A stretch of DNA of 64,000 nt from Candidatus Latescibacterota bacterium (GCA_964291625.2 OZ220090.1:832001-896000); one strand, 5' to 3'; counted from the stretch's first letter, positions 19,962-30,868 are shown. The notes: generated by a model from the letters alone, not told the origin. Program-made: numbers and translations.

Positions 19962-21908
19962 GTGGCCTCCACGTACCCCAAGCGCTACGAGACGATCGTC
20001 GTCGGCGGCGGCCACGCCGGCACCGAGGCGGCCCTGGCGGCGGCGCGCATGGGCGCCGAGACCCTGCTGGTGACGATGAACCTCGACACCATCGGCCAGA
20101 TGTCGTGCAATCCCGCCATCGGCGGCATCGGCAAGGGCCACATGGTCAAGGAGATCGACGCCCTCGGCGGCCAGATGGGGGTGAACACCGACCTCGCCGG
20201 CATCCAGTTCCGGCGCCTGAACACCCGCCGGGGCCCCGCGGTGCGCGCCACCCGGGCCCAGTGCGACAAGAAGGCCTACCAGCTCGAGCTGAAGTACGCC
20301 TGCGAGGGCCAGCCCGGCCTCGACGTGCGCCAGGGCATGATGGAGAGCCTGGTGGTGGAGGACGGCGCCGTGCTCGGCATCGGCGTCAAGGGCGGGATCG
20401 TCTTCGCCGGGCGCACCGTCATCCTGACGACGGGGACCTTCCTGCGCGGCAAGATCCACGTGGGCGACTTCCAGTACGCCGCGGGTCGGGCGGGAGAAGG
20501 TTCCGCCGACCGCGCCGCCGAGGGGCTCGCGGGTCTGGGGTTCCGGATCGGGCGCCTGAAGACGGGGACGCCGCCCCGCGTCAACGGCCGCACCATCGAC
20601 TTCCCGGCCCTGGAGGCGCAGCCGGGGGACGAGCCGCCGCCCACCTTCTCCTGCCGCACCGAGGGCCCCCCCCTGCCACAGGTCCCCTGCTGGATCACGT
20701 ATACCCACGCCGGGACCCACGAGCTGATCCGGGACAACCTCGAGCGCTCCGCCATGTACTCGGGGCGCATCGAGGGGGTGGGCCCTCGCTACTGCCCTTC
20801 CATCGAGGACAAGGTGGTGCGCTTCGCCGACCGCGACCGGCACCAGATCTTCGTCGAGCCCGAGGGTCTGCGCACCCACGAGCACTACATCAACGGCCTC
20901 TCCATGAGCCTGCCCGAGGAGGTGCAGCTGCCCGTCCTGCGCTCCCTGCCCGGCCTGGAGCGGGCCGAGATGATGAGGCCCGCCTACGCCGTCGAGTACG
21001 ACTACGCGGAGCCGACGCAGCTGTATCCCACGCTCGAGACCAAGCGCGTGGAGGGCCTGTTCTTCGCCGGCCAGATCAACGGCACCACCGGCTACGAGGA
21101 GGCCGGCGCCCAGGGGCTGATGGCCGGGATCAACGCCGTCCTCAAGTCCCGCGGCGAGGATGGCTTCGTCCTCGACCGTTCGCAGGCGTACATCGGCGTC
21201 CTCATCGACGACCTGGTGACCAAGGGGACGAGCGAACCCTACCGCATCTTCACGTCGCGGGCCGAGTACCGGCTGCTGCTGCGCGAGGACAACGCCGACG
21301 AGCGACTCATGGAGCACGGCCGCCGCTTCGGCATCGTCGACGACGAGACCTGGCGCAACTACGAGACCAGGCGCGACAGCATCGCCGCCGAGATGGAGCG
21401 CCTGGAATCGCAGCGCATGCCCCTGGGGGAGGGCCTCGACGAGCTGCTGCGACAGCGGCAGACGGCGCCCGTGCGCGAGCCTCCCCTGCTGCGCGACCTG
21501 CTGCGACGGCCGGAGCTGCGCTACGCCGACATCGCCGCCCTGTCGCCGCCGGGGCGGGCGCTGACCCCCGAGGCCGGGGAATGCCTGGAGGCGCGGATCA
21601 AGTACGCGGGGTACGTCGACCGCCAGGCCGAGGAGGTGGCTCGGCTGCGGCGCATGGAGTCCCTGCGCATCCCGGAGGACTTCGACTACGACGAGGAGGC
21701 GCGCCAGCTCTCCTCGGAGGCGCGCCAGAAGCTGGGGCGCGTGCGGCCCCGCTCCCTGGGGCAGGCGTCGCGCATCTCGGGCGTCTCCCCCGCCGACGTG
21801 TCGTCGCTGATGGTGCTCCTCAAGGCGCGGCGGGGGCGGCGGGCGCCGGCGGCGCCGGCTTCTTCACCTTCCGAACCCGCGAGTCCTCGGTCAGCAGCCA
21901 GCGGTTGA
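19962..21908 (+). CDS. mnmG: tRNA U34 carboxymethylaminomethyl modification enzyme MnmG (GidA)
   Basis: [57 protein letters not shown]. Confidence 0.97.
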   Translation: MASTYPKRYETIVVGGGHAGTEAALAAARMGAETLLVTMNLDTIGQMSCNPAIGGIGKGHMVKEIDALGGQMGVNTDLAGIQFRRLNTRRGPAVRATRAQCDKKAYQLELKYACEGQPGLDVRQGMMESLVVEDGAVLGIGVKGGIVFAGRTVILTTGTFLRGKIHVGDFQYAAGRAGEGSADRAAEGLAGLGFRIGRLKTGTPPRVNGRTIDFPALEAQPGDEPPPTFSCRTEGPPLPQVPCWITYTHAGTHELIRDNLERSAMYSGRIEGVGPRYCPSIEDKVVRFADRDRHQIFVEPEGLRTHEHYINGLSMSLPEEVQLPVLRSLPGLERAEMMRPAYAVEYDYAEPTQLYPTLETKRVEGLFFAGQINGTTGYEEAGAQGLMAGINAVLKSRGEDGFVLDRSQAYIGVLIDDLVTKGTSEPYRIFTSRAEYRLLLREDNADERLMEHGRRFGIVDDETWRNYETRRDSIAAEMERLESQRMPLGEGLDELLRQRQTAPVREPPLLRDLLRRPELRYADIAALSPPGRALTPEAGECLEARIKYAGYVDRQAEEVARLRRMESLRIPEDFDYDEEARQLSSEARQKLGRVRPRSLGQASRISGVSPADVSSLMVLLKARRGRRAPAAPASSPSEPASPRSAASG

Positions 21909-22974
21909 TGACGCCATCGCCGTGCAGGTCGGCGGCCTCCTCGACCCAGGCCTCGTAGCCGTGCTCGGCCGCCTGGATCACCGGCGGCCAGTGGAAGCCG
22001 TCCACCGTCCGGGGCACCAGGCCGAGGCTCTCGGGCACGGCGGCGTAGGCCAGCCCCTTGCGGGCGCGGACCCGCTGCCGCCAGTAGATCTCCCGCAGCA
22101 GGCGGATCGCCGCGTCCTCGGGCGGCAGCTGGAAGTCGCCGCCCGCGGCCCCGGGACCGACCTCCTCCTGGGCGAAGCGCACATAGCCCCACTGCTCCGG
22201 GAAGTGCATGTTGATCAGGCCCTGGGGCGACCACACCCAGTTGTCCTCGCGCTCGCCCGGGACCTTCACGTATCCCTGCCCGTCCTCGGCGGCCACGACC
22301 CGCCACTGCACCCGGGAGAAGTTGATCCGCCAGATGTGGCCCTCCTCGGGGGGCACGGCGGTGCGGCTGGGACGGCGCAGCCCCTCCCAGGGGAAAGCGA
22401 TCTCGACCGACCAGCCCTCGTCCTCGTCGCGGGGGTCGTTGATCGTGCCGTAGACCCGGACCCCTGTGCGCAGGCCGGGAATGTCCCAGGCGTGGACGGG
22501 GGGCCCGCCGTCGCGGTAGGGCCGCACCAGCAGCAGGTCCCACTCGGTGGCGAAGGCGTTGACCTCGTACTCGTAGTAGTTGTGGGTGTCCCAGTCGGGG
22601 TCGATGAAGACTTCGAAGTCGTTGTCGTGGAAGATGACGGCGTCGCGCTCGGTGAGGGTGGCCCAGACCTCGGGTTCCTCCAGGAAGGCGGCCACGTAGA
22701 AATGCTCGTCGTCCCACAGCATCCTGGCCCGGGTCTGCAGCCGCGGGGCCGGCTTGAGGTCGCCCTCGATGTCGACGAAGAGCTCCGTCCAGGGAGCGTG
22801 CTGCCAGGAGGGCTCGTCGAGGGAGCCGTCGACGACGACCTCCCCGGCGGCGCGGAAAGCGGTGTAGCGCCGCGGCTCGATGCCCGCCAGGTGCTCCGGG
22901 TCCCACGGCGCCCCAAGGGCCGCCGCAGCCACGGCCGGAGTGATCAGCAATGCGCGAAAACCACCCATGGCCAC
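21820..22974 (-). CDS. Exported carbohydrate-binding family 9-like protein
   Basis: [64 protein letters not shown]. Confidence 0.85.
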   Translation of the reverse strand: MAMGGFRALLITPAVAAAALGAPWDPEHLAGIEPRRYTAFRAAGEVVVDGSLDEPSWQHAPWTELFVDIEGDLKPAPRLQTRARMLWDDEHFYVAAFLEEPEVWATLTERDAVIFHDNDFEVFIDPDWDTHNYYEYEVNAFATEWDLLLVRPYRDGGPPVHAWDIPGLRTGVRVYGTINDPRDEDEGWSVEIAFPWEGLRRPSRTAVPPEEGHIWRINFSRVQWRVVAAEDGQGYVKVPGEREDNWVWSPQGLINMHFPEQWGYVRFAQEEVGPGAAGGDFQLPPEDAAIRLLREIYWRQRVRARKGLAYAAVPESLGLVPRTVDGFHWPPVIQAAEHGYEAWVEEAADLHGDGVINRWLLTEDSRVRKVKKPAPPAPAAPAAP

Positions 22975-23019
22975 CTCGTCTATCTCCAGTCTGCGCCGTC
23001 ACTTGGCCCCGATCTTCAC

Positions 23020-23049
23020 TTGCGGGGACCGGGGGCGGCCCCCTATACT
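23020..23049 (+). promoter_or_regulatory. Putative sigma70 promoter of adk
   Basis: TTGCGG-18 bp-TATACT in the divergent intergenic region. Confidence 0.55.
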
Positions 23050-23117
23050 ACGCGTTTTCGCCTACCCCCCTCAACGAAGGCGCCCCACGCGTCTCACGCC
23101 ACCCCAGGGCAGACCGC

Positions 23118-23819
23118 GTGCAGTTGATCCTCCTCGGGGCTCCCGGCTCCGGCAAGGGCACCCAGGCCCGCCGGTTGGAGGAAGCCTACGGGGTCGTCCA
23201 CATCTCCACCGGCGACATGCTGCGAGACGCCGTGGCCGAGGGCACCGAGCTGGGCGGCCGGATCGAGGACCGCCTGCGGCGCGGGCACCTGGTCCCCGAT
23301 GCCCACGTCCTGGCGCTGGTGGAGGAACGTCTCGGCCGCGGCGACCTGCACCGCGGCTTCGCCATCGACGGCTATCCCCGCACGCGGCGGCAGGTGGACG
23401 ACTTCGAGAAGCTGATGCAGAGCCTCGGGCTCGGCATCGACGCCGCCCTGAACATCGCCGTCCCCGACGAGATCGTCGTCGAGCGCCTCTCCAGCCGACG
23501 CATCGACCCCGAGACCGGCCGCGTCTACAACCTCGCCCTCGAGGCCCAGCCGCCGCCCGAGATCGCCGGCCGCCTGGCCCGCCGCAACGACGACCGCCCC
23601 GAAATCATCCGCCAGCGCCTCGCGACCTACCACGCCGAGACCCGGCCCGTCATCGATCACTACCGGCGCACCGGGCAGCTCATCGAGGTCGAAGGCGCCT
23701 GCCCCCCGTCCGAGGTGTTCTCCGCCATCGACAAGGAGCTGGAGGTGCGACAGTCGCACATGAAGGCCGGGCCGCCTGACTTCGAAGCCAAAGTGCACGT
23801 CGACTCTCCCGACCACTGA
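23118..23819 (+). CDS. adk: Adenylate kinase
   Basis: GAPGSGKGTQA, HISTGDMLR, GHLVPD, DGYPRT, RxDD, RLxxY; GTG start. Confidence 0.93.
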   Translation: MQLILLGAPGSGKGTQARRLEEAYGVVHISTGDMLRDAVAEGTELGGRIEDRLRRGHLVPDAHVLALVEERLGRGDLHRGFAIDGYPRTRRQVDDFEKLMQSLGLGIDAALNIAVPDEIVVERLSSRRIDPETGRVYNLALEAQPPPEIAGRLARRNDDRPEIIRQRLATYHAETRPVIDHYRRTGQLIEVEGACPPSEVFSAIDKELEVRQSHMKAGPPDFEAKVHVDSPDH

Positions 23820-23822
23820 CTC

Positions 23823-24155
23823 TTGTCCGCGACCGATCTGATCTCCTTGTACAAGAGCGGCCTGGCCAAGTATTCGGCCCAGGACTTCGCGGGCGCTCGG
23901 GAGGACTTCGAGCAGGCCCTCCGGCTCGACCCGGAGTTCGCCGATGTCCACCACTCCCTGGCCCATGTCCTCGAGAAGCTCGGAGACCTCGACGGCGCCC
24001 TGGCCAGCGCCCGGCGGGCCGTGGAGCTGTCCCCGGACGAGGTTCTGGCCCACACGTCGCTCTCCATCATCTACATGCGCAAGGGCATGATCCCGGAGGC
24101 CGAAGCCGAGAAGGCCCTGGCCGACGAGTTGCAGCGCCGCCAGGACGGGGCCTGA
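23823..24155 (+). CDS. Small TPR-repeat protein
   Basis: TPR helices (FEQALRLDPE, ARRAVELSPDE, AHTSLSIIY). Confidence 0.8.
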   Translation: MSATDLISLYKSGLAKYSAQDFAGAREDFEQALRLDPEFADVHHSLAHVLEKLGDLDGALASARRAVELSPDEVLAHTSLSIIYMRKGMIPEAEAEKALADELQRRQDGA

Positions 24156-24178
24156 GCCTCCCGTTCCTCCGGGCCCCC

Positions 24179-25285
24179 ATGGCCACGGCCGCCGGCCCAA
24201 ACGCCCCCGCCCCAGCCGCGGCACCCCCGCAGGAGCCCGCCTTCCACATCGGTCCGTACCCGCTGCGCCCCCTGCGTCCGGGGATGCCGGTGCTGGCCCT
24301 GGCGCCGCTGGCCGGCGTCGGCAACTGGGTCTTCCGGCTGATCTGCGCCCGCCTCGGGGCGCGCCTCGTGGGCGTGGAGTTCATCAACTGCCGCATCGTG
24401 CACCAGTCCGGCATCCGGGTGCAGCGCCTCCTCGACTTCTCCGACGCCGACGTGTACCGGCGCACGGGGATCAGCCTGCTGGCGGCGCAGATCTACGGCA
24501 ACGACATCCCCCTCATGGCCGAGGGCGCCCGCGAGCTGGAGCGGCGCGGGGCCCAGGTGGTGGACATCAACTTCGGCTGCTCGGTGCCGCAGATCGTGCG
24601 CAAGGGCAGCTGCGCCGCCTTCCTGCGCGACCTGCCCCGGTTCTACGAGGCGGTGGCGGCCACGGTGGAGGCGGTGAGCGTACCGGTCATGGTCAAGACC
24701 CGCATCGGCTGGGACGACGACACCATCAACGTCGTCGAGATCGTCCGCCAGGCCCAGACCGCCGGGGCCCGGGCGATCGCCATCCACGCGCGCACGGTGA
24801 TGCAGAAGTACGACGGCGAGGCCCGCTGGGAGTGGCTGCAACGCGCCTGCGAGGCGGCCGAGGTGCCCGTCTTCGGCAACGGCGACGTGCGCAGCTACGA
24901 GGACGCCCAGGCCATGGTCGAGCGCACCGGCTGCGACGCGGTCATGATCGGCCGGGCGGCGATGGCCAACCCGTGGATCTTCTCCGCCCGACGGGGGGCC
25001 AACCTGGCGGAGCGCATCGAGCTGGCCGCCGACCAGGTGCGCTGGATGGCGCAGTACAAGGGCGAGCACGTGGGCGTCAAGGAGACGCGCAAGCACCTGG
25101 TCCTCTATTTCCGCGACCTCGACCGCGACTCCCCCGAGCGCCTGCGCCTGCTGACCACCGAGTCCCTCGGCGAGCTGCTGGACTTCCTGGAGAGCTGGCG
25201 CCAGGCCCTCGACGGCGACCCGGAGCGGGACCTCGCCCTCACCGCCTCCGAGGCGAACCGCCTCGCCTGGAGCGGCACCGGATGA
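24179..25285 (+). CDS. dusB: tRNA-dihydrouridine synthase (Dus/DusB-like)
   Basis: LAPLAGV, QIYG, DINFGC, VKTRIGWD, IHART, GNGDV, VMIGR, NPWIF. Confidence 0.85.
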   Translation: MATAAGPNAPAPAAAPPQEPAFHIGPYPLRPLRPGMPVLALAPLAGVGNWVFRLICARLGARLVGVEFINCRIVHQSGIRVQRLLDFSDADVYRRTGISLLAAQIYGNDIPLMAEGARELERRGAQVVDINFGCSVPQIVRKGSCAAFLRDLPRFYEAVAATVEAVSVPVMVKTRIGWDDDTINVVEIVRQAQTAGARAIAIHARTVMQKYDGEARWEWLQRACEAAEVPVFGNGDVRSYEDAQAMVERTGCDAVMIGRAAMANPWIFSARRGANLAERIELAADQVRWMAQYKGEHVGVKETRKHLVLYFRDLDRDSPERLRLLTTESLGELLDFLESWRQALDGDPERDLALTASEANRLAWSGTG

Positions 25286-25331
25286 GACCGCAAGCGCAAA
25301 CACCCCTACCGTATCGAGGAGAGCACCCACC

Positions 25332-26231
25332 ATGACCGACAAGCTGGCACGCGGGATCCTGCCCGCCCTGTGCACCGCCTTCGACGACGACGGCGCCCAC
25401 CCCGACGACGACCGCCAGCGGGTCCTGGTGCGCGCCCTCCTCGACGCCGGCTCCCAGGGCTTCTTCGTCTGCGGCGGCACCGGCGAGGGACGCGCCATGT
25501 CGGTGCCCGAGCGCCAGCAGGTGGCCGAGGTCGTGGCCCGCGAGGTCGCCGGCCAGGTGCCCCTGATCCTGCAGGTCGGCGCCTGTCCCACGGCGGACGC
25601 CGTCGAGCTGGCCCGCCACGCCGCCGGGGTTCCCGGGATCGACGCCGTCGCCTCGGTGGCGCCCGTGGACCGCCCGAACGACCTGGCCGCCGCCGAGGAG
25701 CACTACGCGGCCATCGGCGCCGCCACCGACCTGCCCTTCTATGTCTACTGGCTGGCCCGAGAAGCCGACCAGGCGGCCACGGCGGACCGCTTCCTCGAGG
25801 CGATGGAGCGGGTGCCCCGCTTCGCCGGGATCAAGTTCACCGACTACAACCTCTTCCTCTTCGGCCAGCTCATCGAGCTCACCGGGGGCCGCATCAACGC
25901 CATCAGCGGCCCCGACGAGATGTGCCTGCCCGCCATGTGCATGGGCGCCGACGCGGCCATCGGCACGACCTACAACATCATGCCGCGCATCTTCCTCGAG
26001 ATGCGCCGCGCCTTCGACGCTGGCGACCTCGACACAGCGCGCCGCTGCCAGCGCAACGCCAACCGGGTCATCCGCATCCTGATGCAGGCCGGGGTCATGG
26101 AGGCGGTGAAGGCGATCCTCGGCTGGCAGGGCACCTCCGCCGGTCCTCCCCGGGTGGTGGAGCCCCTCGACGCGGAGGGGGAGGGACGGCTGCGGCGGGA
26201 GCTCGAGGCGCTGGACTTCGAGGTGGCTTGA
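25332..26231 (+). CDS. DapA/N-acetylneuraminate lyase-family aldolase
   Basis: CGGTGE, catalytic Tyr (FYVY), Schiff-base Lys (GIKFT), GPDE, IGTTYN. Confidence 0.88.
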   Translation: MTDKLARGILPALCTAFDDDGAHPDDDRQRVLVRALLDAGSQGFFVCGGTGEGRAMSVPERQQVAEVVAREVAGQVPLILQVGACPTADAVELARHAAGVPGIDAVASVAPVDRPNDLAAAEEHYAAIGAATDLPFYVYWLAREADQAATADRFLEAMERVPRFAGIKFTDYNLFLFGQLIELTGGRINAISGPDEMCLPAMCMGADAAIGTTYNIMPRIFLEMRRAFDAGDLDTARRCQRNANRVIRILMQAGVMEAVKAILGWQGTSAGPPRVVEPLDAEGEGRLRRELEALDFEVA

Positions 26232-26277
26232 GAGCGGAGTCGGCGGCGCCGTTGCCCATGGAGCGACCTGGAACGTC

Positions 26278-27165
26278 GTGACTGAAGAAGGACCTCTGCC
26301 CAAGGTCGAGCCCGATTCTCTGCTGCAACCCTTGCGGCAGATCCTTCGTGACCAGAAGGCCGAGCTTCTTCAATGGCGTAACGAGCGGATACACGTTGGC
26401 TCGGTGGGAGAGCTGTATCGTCTCCATGGAACGGCCAGATCCGGTGCCGCGGAGCAAGGTTCGAGGAGGTCTCCGGAACGACGGCGGCGAATTCCGCACG
26501 GAGCACTATTGCCAGGCGGCGAGGCACCTGGGGCAGTCCACGGCAGCTATCTGAGTGGCCATCCCATCCCCGAGTATCCATGGCTCAGCTCCCGCAGGTG
26601 GATGACCACGACCGTGGTGAACTGGGGAACCGCCGCCGTGTCATGGCTCGACAGCCGGGAAGGCTCCGCGTTACCGCGATCCCTCCGCGAGCAAGCCGTC
26701 CAGCTCTGGCATCGGCGCGACACCCTCCTGGACCTCGTCGACGACCTGCCGAGAGCCGTGTGCCATCGAGACTACAATCCCGAAAATCTGTTCATCCCCC
26801 AGCTCCCATCGGGAGGAAGCCGGACGATCGTCATCGACTGGGACTGCCTCGGCATCGGTGTGCTCACCGAGGACCTGGGGGATCTCGTCGGCGAAGCGCT
26901 CGTGTTCCAGGGAGTCGAGCCCGACGGTGCACCAGAGTTCACGGAAGCGGTTCTGACGGCCTACCACGCGGGTCTGGTTCAAGCAGGATACGGGGTGAGC
27001 CCCGAGACCGTCCGGTCTGCTCTCGCGACCCTGATGTCCCTGCAGTGGTGCTTCCGTCTGATCTGCCGATATCGCGACACGGAGGACTCGGCCCTTCGTG
27101 AGCGATACACGCGGATCCTGGAGTTTGTCCTGAGCCAGGGCGATCCTCGCGAACAGGCGAGGTGA
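26278..27165 (+). pseudogene. Degenerate APH-family phosphotransferase (internal deletion and compensating frameshifts)
   Basis: CHRDYNPENL, IDWD and EDLG intact; conserved-looking EHYCQAARHLGQ lies in another frame (about 26470-26537); lower GC than flanks. Confidence 0.6.
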
Positions 27166-27223
27166 AGAGAGGGGCTGTTCGCCGCCGGCCAGGCCAGCCG
27201 GGGCTCGGTGCCCGGACCCCGGG

Positions 27224-28309
27224 CTACCGGGGACGCTCGCGAGCCGGCCGTCTTCGCCGCGGGGGGCCGCCGTCTCCGAGCTCTCCCCTGCGCCAGGCAG
27301 CGATGTAGGCGGCGCAGTGCTCGTCCCGGCCCAGCAGCACGTCCTCGGCCAGCCGGTAGGGGCGTGAGCCGCGGTCGAGGGCGAAGACCTTGTCGGGGCG
27401 GCTGGTCACCGGATCGATGATGCCGCTGTCCGCCCCGGCCTCGACCGCCAGGACCATGAAGACATCGTTGATCCACTTGCGGCTCGGGATGCCGAAAGAG
27501 ACGTTGCTCATCCCCCCGGTGATGTGGATCTCGGGGCCGTACTTCTGGCGCAGACCGGAGATCGCTTCGAAGCTGTGCCGTCCGAAGCGGCCGTCGACCG
27601 AGATCGGGAAGATCAGCGGGTCGATGTAGATGTCGCCGGCGCCGATCCCCTTCTCCAGGGCGGCGTCGACCATGGCGGAGGCATTGGCGATGCGCTCCTC
27701 GGCGCTCTCGGGCATCCCGGAATCACCGGCGGCGGTGACGATGACGTGGGCGTCGTGCTCGACGGCCAGGTCCAGGGCATCGATACGTTCGAGAGAGGCC
27801 GAGTTGAGCATGGGCCGCCCCTTGGACGCGTCCCACGCCCGCAGACCGACGGCGATGGTCTCGGCATTGGAGGAGTCGACGGAGACCGGGAGGCCGGTCA
27901 GGCCCTGCACCGTCGTCACGAGCCAGGCCATGGCCTCCTTCTGCTCTTCGAGCTTCAGCGAGATCTCGTCGACATTGAGGTCGAGGAAATCGGCCCCCGC
28001 CTGTTCCTGGCGCTGAACCATCCGTCTCAGGTAGTGCATCCCCTCGGCCGCGGTCTCCCGGTCGCCGCCCATCGCCGCCTGCACGGCGATCTTGACGTGC
28101 TTGACCCGTCCTTCCTCGTAATCCTGGGTGGCCTTCACCGCTTCCGGAATGACCAGGTGGCGCCCCTCGCCGTCGACCGAGCGGTAGCGCACCGCTTCCC
28201 GGCCGTCGCCGGTGGTCGTGACGAGCTTGCCGCGGCGCATCACCACCCGCGTGGTGTGGATGTTCTCGCCGATGATGACGAAATCGAGATCGGGGTTGTG
28301 CAGCTTCAT
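27224..28309 (-). CDS. Pterin-binding methyltetrahydrofolate:corrinoid methyltransferase (MeTr/AcsE, MetH folate domain-like)
   Basis: IIGENIH, QxxAGADFLDLN, SVDSS, LNS, IYIDPL, TGGMSNVSFG, IIDP; ATG at 28309. Confidence 0.85.
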   Translation of the reverse strand: MKLHNPDLDFVIIGENIHTTRVVMRRGKLVTTTGDGREAVRYRSVDGEGRHLVIPEAVKATQDYEEGRVKHVKIAVQAAMGGDRETAAEGMHYLRRMVQRQEQAGADFLDLNVDEISLKLEEQKEAMAWLVTTVQGLTGLPVSVDSSNAETIAVGLRAWDASKGRPMLNSASLERIDALDLAVEHDAHVIVTAAGDSGMPESAEERIANASAMVDAALEKGIGAGDIYIDPLIFPISVDGRFGRHSFEAISGLRQKYGPEIHITGGMSNVSFGIPSRKWINDVFMVLAVEAGADSGIIDPVTSRPDKVFALDRGSRPYRLAEDVLLGRDEHCAAYIAAWRRGELGDGGPPRRRRPARERPR

Positions 28310-28497
28310 GGCAGGTGTTCGGTCGCTTTCGGGGGTGCATCCGAGCGCGGCGTTTCGACGGGCCGACCGGCCTGTCGACATCCAAGGTGGCCCAAGAAGA
28401 GGGAATCTAAGGCCGAAGCCACACACGCGCCTGCGTCGGGCGGAAGGCTGCCGCCGGGTTGCGCATCCTCCACGAAGACGGTTCAGCTCCACCGGCT

Positions 28498-29544
28498 TCA
28501 CCTCACCCGGTAGCGCTCCACCACCTCCATGTCCAGCCTCACCCCCAGCCCGGGCCCTTCCGGGACCGTGAAGTGGCCCTCCGCCAACTCCAGGCTGCCC
28601 CCCAGGACATCGGCCTCGCGCACGAAGGGCAGCTCGTCGCAGGGCAGGGTGGCGTTGGGGATCGTCGCCTGCACGTGCACCGAGTAGGCGGCCAGCACTC
28701 CCAGGCAGACGCCGCCCATCTGCACCCACACCGGCACGTTCCCGGCGGCGGCCACGGCGGCGGCGGCCCTCACCTCCAGCGCCCGGCCCCCGAGGGTCAG
28801 GTAGTCGACGCACTCGGCCTTCAGCGCCGCCAGCACGTCGGCGCCGCGGCAGGGGCGGCGGCCCTGGGGCACGCCGATGTGCATGGCCACGGGGATGTGG
28901 GTCTTCTGCCGCAGCAGCCTGTAGGAATCGAGGCTCTCCTTGGGGATGGGGTCCTCGAGGTTGGCCACCGTGCCGAAGGGCTCCAGCTCCGCCGCCAGGC
29001 GGGCGGCGGTGTGGAGGTGGCCGAAGCTGGTGTTGGGATCGACGCCGACGGTGTACTCCGGCCCCGCCGCCGCCTTCATGAGGCGCACGGTCTCGACGAT
29101 GTTGTGGGTGCGGGCCTTGAGCTTGTGGTTGGTGAAGCCCAGCCGGCGTCCGGCCTCGGCCTCGGCGGCGGTCTCGGCGGCCGGCATGGCGGAGGACCAG
29201 TAGGAGACCGGCACCCGCTCGCGCACCCGGGGGCCGAAGAACCGCCACACGGGCCAACCGAGGGCCTGTCCCTGGAGATCGAGGAAGGCGCACTCGAAGA
29301 GGTCCTCCTGGGCGAAGGGGTCCACGGCGAGGGGGTCCTGCCCCACGTAGCCGGCGGCCTGCGCCTGCAGGCGCGTCCGGACCTCCTCCGACAGGGTGTA
29401 GACCGCCGACTCGCCGAGGCCCTGAAGCCCCTCGTCGGTGCGCACCCGGCAGATGGTGATGTCGTAGATCCTCGGGTTGAGCCGGGCGATCGCCGCGATG
29501 GGCGGGATCTCCACGTGGTACAGGTCGACGCCGGTCACTCTCAT
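28498..29544 (-). CDS. Mandelate racemase/muconate lactonizing enzyme (enolase superfamily)
   Basis: TDEGLQGLGE, DLxGxxLGxPV, HKLKAR, VDPN, LEDP, VPEGPGLG. Confidence 0.85.
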   Translation of the reverse strand: MRVTGVDLYHVEIPPIAAIARLNPRIYDITICRVRTDEGLQGLGESAVYTLSEEVRTRLQAQAAGYVGQDPLAVDPFAQEDLFECAFLDLQGQALGWPVWRFFGPRVRERVPVSYWSSAMPAAETAAEAEAGRRLGFTNHKLKARTHNIVETVRLMKAAAGPEYTVGVDPNTSFGHLHTAARLAAELEPFGTVANLEDPIPKESLDSYRLLRQKTHIPVAMHIGVPQGRRPCRGADVLAALKAECVDYLTLGGRALEVRAAAAVAAAGNVPVWVQMGGVCLGVLAAYSVHVQATIPNATLPCDELPFVREADVLGGSLELAEGHFTVPEGPGLGVRLDMEVVERYRVR

Positions 29545-29662
29545 TTGCAGGCCCTCCGGCCGGCCAAGTTACCGCCTCTCCTTGCATGCCGCGAGACTCC
29601 GGGCTTGAATGAGCCCCCCGCCGGCCCGCAGACGGCGCCGGCCGAATCCCGGGAGCCCGCCC

Positions 29663-30868
29663 ATGTCCCTGCGCGTCGGCGTCGTCGGCTGCGGCGCCTT
29701 CTCCCCCGGCTTCATCATCCTCTTCAAGGCCCATCCCCTGGTGGAGTCGGTGGTCCTCTGCGACGTCGACGCCGACAAGCTCGCCGCCGCCGCCGAGCGA
29801 CACGGGATCGCCGACACCTGCTCCGACCTCGAGCAACTGTGCGCCGACGCCAGCGTCGACGCCGTGGCCCTCTTCACCCAGAACTGGCTCCACGGGCCGC
29901 AGGCGGCCGCCGCCCTGCGCGCCGGCAAGCACGTGTACAGCGCCGTGCCCACGGGGATCGCCGTCGGGGAGGTGACCGACCTCGTCGAGGCCGCGGCCGG
30001 CTCCAACCGCCTCTACATGCTCGGCGAGACCAGCTACTACTACCCGGGGGTGGTCTACTGCCGCGGGCGCTTCCGGGCCGGCGACTTCGGGCGCCCCGTC
30101 TACGCCGAGGCCGAGTATCTCCACGACTTCAGCCACGGCCTCTACGCGGTGATGGAATCGCGCGGCGGCCGCGACTGGAAGCGCTTCGCCGGCAGCCCCC
30201 CCATGCAGTACCCGACCCACTCGACGAGCCAGGTCCTCTCGGTCACCGGGGCGCGCCTGACCCACGTCTCGGGCCACGGATTCGTCGACGACCACGAGGA
30301 CGGCCTCTTCCGCGCCGGCTCGAACCAGTGGGCCAACGAGTTCAGCAACGAGACCGCCTTCTTCCGCCTCTCCGACGGCAGCGCCTGCCGCGTCGCCGAG
30401 TTGCGCCGCGTCGGCCACCCGGGGGGCGTGCGCATGGCCCTCTACGGCACCGCCGGCAGCTTCGAGCAGCACGTCTCCGGGGTCCGCTGGCTCACCGCCA
30501 GCCGCGCCGAGACCGAGGCCCTCGAAGAGCAGCTCACCTGCACGGCGGTCCCCGGTCCGCAGGCCGGAGACGGCGTCTTCGAGACGGTGGCCCCGGTGCA
30601 CCCGGTCCATCGCCTGCCCCGGCAGTTCCGGGGCCTGCCCAACGGTCACCGCGGCTCCCACCAGTTCCTGGTGGACGACTTCGTGCGCGCCGCCGTGGAC
30701 GGCGTGCTGCCGCCCAACAACGCCTGGGCGGCGGCCCGCTACATGCTGCCCGGCCTGGTGGCCCACGAGTCGGCGCTTCGCGGCGGCGAGCTGCTCGAGA
30801 TCCCGGATCTCGGCGATCCCCCATCGACGCCGGTGGAGTACGACGAGCCGGTCCCCGGAGGAGACTGA
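29663..30868 (+). CDS. Gfo/Idh/MocA oxidoreductase
   Basis: VGVVGCG, AGKHVYSAVP, YMLGET, EAEYLHD, YPTHS, NGHxGSH, GLVAHES. Confidence 0.88.
   Translation: MSLRVGVVGCGAFSPGFIILFKAHPLVESVVLCDVDADKLAAAAERHGIADTCSDLEQLCADASVDAVALFTQNWLHGPQAAAALRAGKHVYSAVPTGIAVGEVTDLVEAAAGSNRLYMLGETSYYYPGVVYCRGRFRAGDFGRPVYAEAEYLHDFSHGLYAVMESRGGRDWKRFAGSPPMQYPTHSTSQVLSVTGARLTHVSGHGFVDDHEDGLFRAGSNQWANEFSNETAFFRLSDGSACRVAELRRVGHPGGVRMALYGTAGSFEQHVSGVRWLTASRAETEALEEQLTCTAVPGPQAGDGVFETVAPVHPVHRLPRQFRGLPNGHRGSHQFLVDDFVRAAVDGVLPPNNAWAAARYMLPGLVAHESALRGGELLEIPDLGDPPSTPVEYDEPVPGGD

Noticed and set aside
28310-28497. Cobalamin/SAM/THF riboswitch upstream of the pterin-binding methyltransferase
   Set aside because: A hairpin exists near 28355-28380 but I could not find B12-box or SAM/THF consensus elements; an Infernal/Rfam scan would settle it.
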